DNA of 18,317 nucleotides. Origin: a virus (lineage: Duplodnaviria > Heunggongvirae > Uroviricota > Caudoviricetes). The notes below the pieces were generated by a model. That model had not been told where the DNA came from. It saw only the letters and a list, made by a program, of their open reading frames with translations, and searched no databases. Where the stretch lies: IMG/VR virus record IMGVR_UViG_2519103024_000008; one strand, given 5' to 3'. The position numbers and the translations under genes are program-made. Shown piece by piece: positions 15,398 through 18,317 of the stretch (position 1 is the stretch's first letter; each line of letters begins with the position of its first letter).

Positions 15398-16249
15398 ATC
15401 TCACACCTCCCGGAATCCCCGCTGAAGCCATCATTAATGCGGCATCATCCACCATGACATCCGCCACATCCGCAGACGATAAAATATCGCGCCCTCCGTC
15501 CCCACCGAACCGGACGCCTCCGGCAAGTCCTGCCGCTTTCTGCATCAGCATTTTGTCCTCATCCGGCCTCTCCACCTGCTCTTCCTCATGCCGGGGGACA
15601 AGCAGACTGAAATCAGAGGGATGCATATCCGGATCGCAAAAAAACAGGCTGAGTACAGCGTACGTCAGCCCGGAAAAATGCATATCCAGCTGGGTATCCT
15701 GAAAATAATGCGTGCGGTAAAAACGGTGCCAGTCGGCATATTCGGTGGATGTCATCCCGGCAAGCATGGCGCGCCAGTCGGGTCTCCCCATCTCACGCGC
15801 CAGTCTGAGGGCAAAGTTCAGCTCGCCGTCGAAGACTTTCCCGCAGAAAAATCATCATCAGTCAGCGTGTTATTTTTCGCCACTTCAGTAATATCAGTAT
15901 CCGGACGAACAGCTTCGATCATCCCGGACAGGCACAACACCACGTCTTCCGCCCGGGCAATGGCATCGGCAGGCCAGGTGGTGAGCACTTCCTGCTCTAT
16001 CTTCATCACGGCCTCATTCATTGACGGTGACTGCGTTTTCTGTGGATGGTTATGCCACAGGGACATCGCCACCAGAAACGCGCCGGTTCTGACGAGATCT
16101 TCCACGCTTACCTGCAGGTTGCCGCAGGATTCTGCCTGTTCTGCACGCCGTTTCAGGAGGGCAAGATGCTCGATACGCTGCAGCGCAGACAATTCGGAAA
16201 GCGTGACAGACACACCGTTATATTCAAATTGTTCTGTTTTCAGAAACAT
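15378..16249 (-). CDS. T: Tail assembly chaperone G-T fusion made by programmed -1 ribosomal frameshift (T has no independent start)
   Basis: The -1 frame from the slippery heptamer reads GKVFDGELNFALRLAREMGRPDWRAMLAGMTSTEYADWHRF..., continuous with the T-frame ORF 15378-15791 and matching the lambda gpGT junction as recalled. Confidence 0.85.
15818..16249 (-). CDS. G: Tail assembly chaperone G (143 aa)
   Basis: MFLKTEQFEYNGVSVTLSELSALQRIEHLALLKRRAEQAE..., ending ...FSAGKSSTAS; position between V and H; contains the frameshift heptamer near its 3' end. Confidence 0.9.
   Translation of the reverse strand: MFLKTEQFEYNGVSVTLSELSALQRIEHLALLKRRAEQAESCGNLQVSVEDLVRTGAFLVAMSLWHNHPQKTQSPSMNEAVMKIEQEVLTTWPADAIARAEDVVLCLSGMIEAVRPDTDITEVAKNNTLTDDDFSAGKSSTAS
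15836..15842 (-). promoter_or_regulatory. Slippery heptamer G GGA AAG for the G/G-T -1 programmed frameshift
   Basis: Revcomp of 15836-15842 (CTTTCCC) is GGGAAAG, in the G frame as G GGA AAG (codons Gly-Lys of ...SAGKS...), identical to the lambda G-T slip site. Confidence 0.85.
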
Positions 16250-16262
16250 GTATTACCTCCGT

Positions 16263-17015
16263 TTACCCTGCAGCGCCCGCTTCAGTAACGGTGACTTCAG
16301 CCACTGCGGCGAACTGACCATTTCCGCTCACCACAGGGATCTGCACCTTACCTGTCGCCACGCCGTTTACCGTAATTGTCATATCTTTCACACTAATGGT
16401 GGCTTTCGACGGATCGGCGGAAACCGCTCTGAACGTCTTGTCGGTTGCACTTTCCGGCTCAAAAGAAACCGTCAGGGTGGTTGTTTTCCCTTTTGCCACC
16501 GTACCGGATGTCGGCGTCACCTTAATCGCACTGACCGGCGTAATTTTGCTGCGTTCTTCCGCTACAGAAGGTTTACCCACGTTAGTGACTTTCACCGTGC
16601 GGGTGATCACTTCTTTCGCCGTCACGGCCTTACCGATACTGCTGACCCAGCCACGAAACACATCCACCGTGCCATTCGGAAAACGGATTTTATAGGCCCG
16701 GACATCGCCGCTTTCAAACCAGCCTATAAGCCCTTTCTGGCCTTCCTCTCCCGGTTTCCAGGCCAGCGTAAAACTGGTATCACCTGCAGATTTCTGCCCC
16801 TGCCCGGTCGCGGTCCAGTCCGCGTCTTCATCATCCAGGTAGTTATCATCGTAGGATTCTGCCGTCATCTCGCCCGGCGTCAGATCCTTCACCTTAGCCA
16901 GTCGCTGCCAGTCATCGTCTGACAACGGGTTTGCATAAGCATCACCCTTGCCGTTGTAAACCCACAGAGTGGTACCGGCACCTTTTACCGGCTCAAGGGG
17001 ATTTGGTGTTGCCAT
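16263..17015 (-). CDS. V: Major tail tube protein V with C-terminal Ig-like domain (250 aa)
   Basis: Position between U and G, plus lambda gpV-like sequence with a C-terminal Ig-like region ([45 protein letters not shown]). SD GAGGA upstream of the ATG at 17013-17015. Confidence 0.9.
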   Translation of the reverse strand: MATPNPLEPVKGAGTTLWVYNGKGDAYANPLSDDDWQRLAKVKDLTPGEMTAESYDDNYLDDEDADWTATGQGQKSAGDTSFTLAWKPGEEGQKGLIGWFESGDVRAYKIRFPNGTVDVFRGWVSSIGKAVTAKEVITRTVKVTNVGKPSVAEERSKITPVSAIKVTPTSGTVAKGKTTTLTVSFEPESATDKTFRAVSADPSKATISVKDMTITVNGVATGKVQIPVVSGNGQFAAVAEVTVTEAGAAG

Positions 17016-17022
17016 ATCGTCC

Positions 17023-17418
17023 TCACATCTCGTATGTAATGGAATAAGTCAGATCTGCAGAACTCCATAACGCCATATCGTCATCACGACGATACTCATA
17101 GCCCTGCGTAACCATCGTGGTAATCAGTCCTGCCAGTGCCGGGATCGCGGTCATCGCCGGGTAAATCCGGCTTTCCATCCACTGATCAAGCTCTGAATCC
17201 GGTACCTGTGCCGGTAAAAACACCTCAATATGCAGCGTGGCCCGCCAGGTATCTGCATCCAGCTCTTCACCGGTATACTCTGCATCCGTCAGATAAACCG
17301 CGATCGCAGGAAAATCCTCTTCGTCAAAAACAACGGGGCGACCATCAAACAGCGTCGCCCCGTGTTCATGCTGCTCGAGTGCATCCAGCACTGCGGCACG
17401 AATGTCAGTGTGTTTCAT
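17023..17418 (-). CDS. U: Tail tube terminator protein U (131 aa)
   Basis: [43 protein letters not shown]..., recalled as lambda gpU. Start overlaps the Z stop (ATGA-type coupling). Confidence 0.9.
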   Translation of the reverse strand: MKHTDIRAAVLDALEQHEHGATLFDGRPVVFDEEDFPAIAVYLTDAEYTGEELDADTWRATLHIEVFLPAQVPDSELDQWMESRIYPAMTAIPALAGLITTMVTQGYEYRRDDDMALWSSADLTYSITYEM

Positions 17419-17948
17419 CGTTTTATTGCAATCCTCAGTTGTTGTTTCAGCGCGTATGCCAGTTCTTTAGGCAGGCGTTCACGCCGGATACGGTCAACAT
17501 TCTCATCAAATGCCTGTTTCAGTGGGGCCGCCATCGGGATTTTCACCACATCAATGGGGTAACGGTTTTTCCCGGCCACACGCTGCATGACATGCCAGCG
17601 ACCATTTTTTAATCTCTGAATAAATGCCCGCTGATACCGATGCTGACCGGCTTTAAGTATGCTGTTCGGGCGACGCCCCAGCATCCTGATCCCCAGCTTA
17701 ATCACAGGGAGATCACCGCGGTTAACGATAATTCTGGCATTCGGATTTCTGACCGTCGCCCGTTTCAGTCTGGACCGTTCCTTAACCAGTTTCCGGCGAA
17801 CCTTTGTCTCCCGGGCAACCTGTGATGAAGACTGATTAATCGCCGTTGTGGCCACGCGGTTAATGGCCATTGCTGAAGCCGCCGGAATGGCGTTTTTACG
17901 AACCCGGCTCAGATTGTCAATCGCCTGATCAAGCCCTTTTATCGCCAT
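17415..17948 (-). CDS. Z: Minor tail protein Z (177 aa)
   Basis: MAIKGLDQAIDNLSRVRKNAIPAASAMAINRVATTAINQSSSQVARETKVRRKLVKERS..., recalled as lambda gpZ; position between FII and U. Confidence 0.9.
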   Translation of the reverse strand: MAIKGLDQAIDNLSRVRKNAIPAASAMAINRVATTAINQSSSQVARETKVRRKLVKERSRLKRATVRNPNARIIVNRGDLPVIKLGIRMLGRRPNSILKAGQHRYQRAFIQRLKNGRWHVMQRVAGKNRYPIDVVKIPMAAPLKQAFDENVDRIRRERLPKELAYALKQQLRIAIKR

Positions 17949-17963
17949 AATTTCACCCTGCGT

Positions 17964-18317
17964 TTATCGTCGCCGGTTAACTGCGGGTGGTTGACCACGG
18001 TTGAGCCAGAGATAACAGCTGCCCCCGTCATCCGGAGAAACACGATCCACCCAGAATATCTCACCATTAATGGTCAGCGTGTCACCACGCCGCACGGCAC
18101 GAACCGTATCCGTCCGCACAAATAATGACGGGCTGCTTCCTTCAATACGGACCCCGCCACCGGCAAACCCCAGCGACTCCGGATCATCAAAAACCCCCTG
18201 AACTTCGCTGCCACACTGTGCCCCCGAGGTGAACTGCGCACAGAGCCCCATCACTTCAACGATCGTACTGTCTACCCCGGCGAGGGCAGCATCAAAGGCA
18301 TTCTGAAAATCACGCAT
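17964..18317 (-). CDS. FII: Head-tail joining / tail attachment protein FII (117 aa); start codon is the last 3 bases of the window
   Basis: MRDFQNAFDAALAGVDSTIVEVMGLCAQFTSGAQCGSEVQGVFDDPE...GEIFWVDRVSPDDGGSCYLWLNRGQPPAVNRRR, recalled as lambda gpFII. Confidence 0.85.
   Translation of the reverse strand: MRDFQNAFDAALAGVDSTIVEVMGLCAQFTSGAQCGSEVQGVFDDPESLGFAGGGVRIEGSSPSLFVRTDTVRAVRRGDTLTINGEIFWVDRVSPDDGGSCYLWLNRGQPPAVNRRR

Noticed and set aside
15378-15791. T as an independently initiated gene from the ATG at 15789-15791
   Set aside because: In lambda, T is made only as the G-T frameshift fusion. The -1 frame is open from the slippery site through this ATG, so the ATG is an internal Met.

Overview
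The window is the tail-morphogenesis module of a lambda-like (lambdoid) enterobacterial prophage. All structural genes lie on the minus strand in canonical phage-lambda order, from high to low coordinates: FII, Z, U, V, G and the G-T frameshift fusion, H (tape measure), M, L, K, I, J, lom, stf, tfa. Three AT-rich accessory genes (morons) interrupt this backbone: a small lipoprotein between I and J, the outer-membrane protein gene lom between J and stf, and a plus-strand class I SAM-dependent methyltransferase lying between tfa and a second, truncated tfa-like gene. The most interesting candidates are the lipoprotein inserted immediately upstream of the receptor-binding gene J and the repeat-flanked methyltransferase cassette. 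Three runs of N (3206-3786, 8676-9500, 11789-12542) interrupt stf, J and M/L, so this is draft sequence. Identifications rest on recalled similarity to lambda proteins and on motifs read directly from the supplied ORF translations; no database search was run. There are several reading-frame breaks: a cluster of four single-base deletions in J next to a gap, which is most likely sequencing error, and one +1 insertion in H away from any gap, which may be real. No tRNA, rRNA or CRISPR array was seen.
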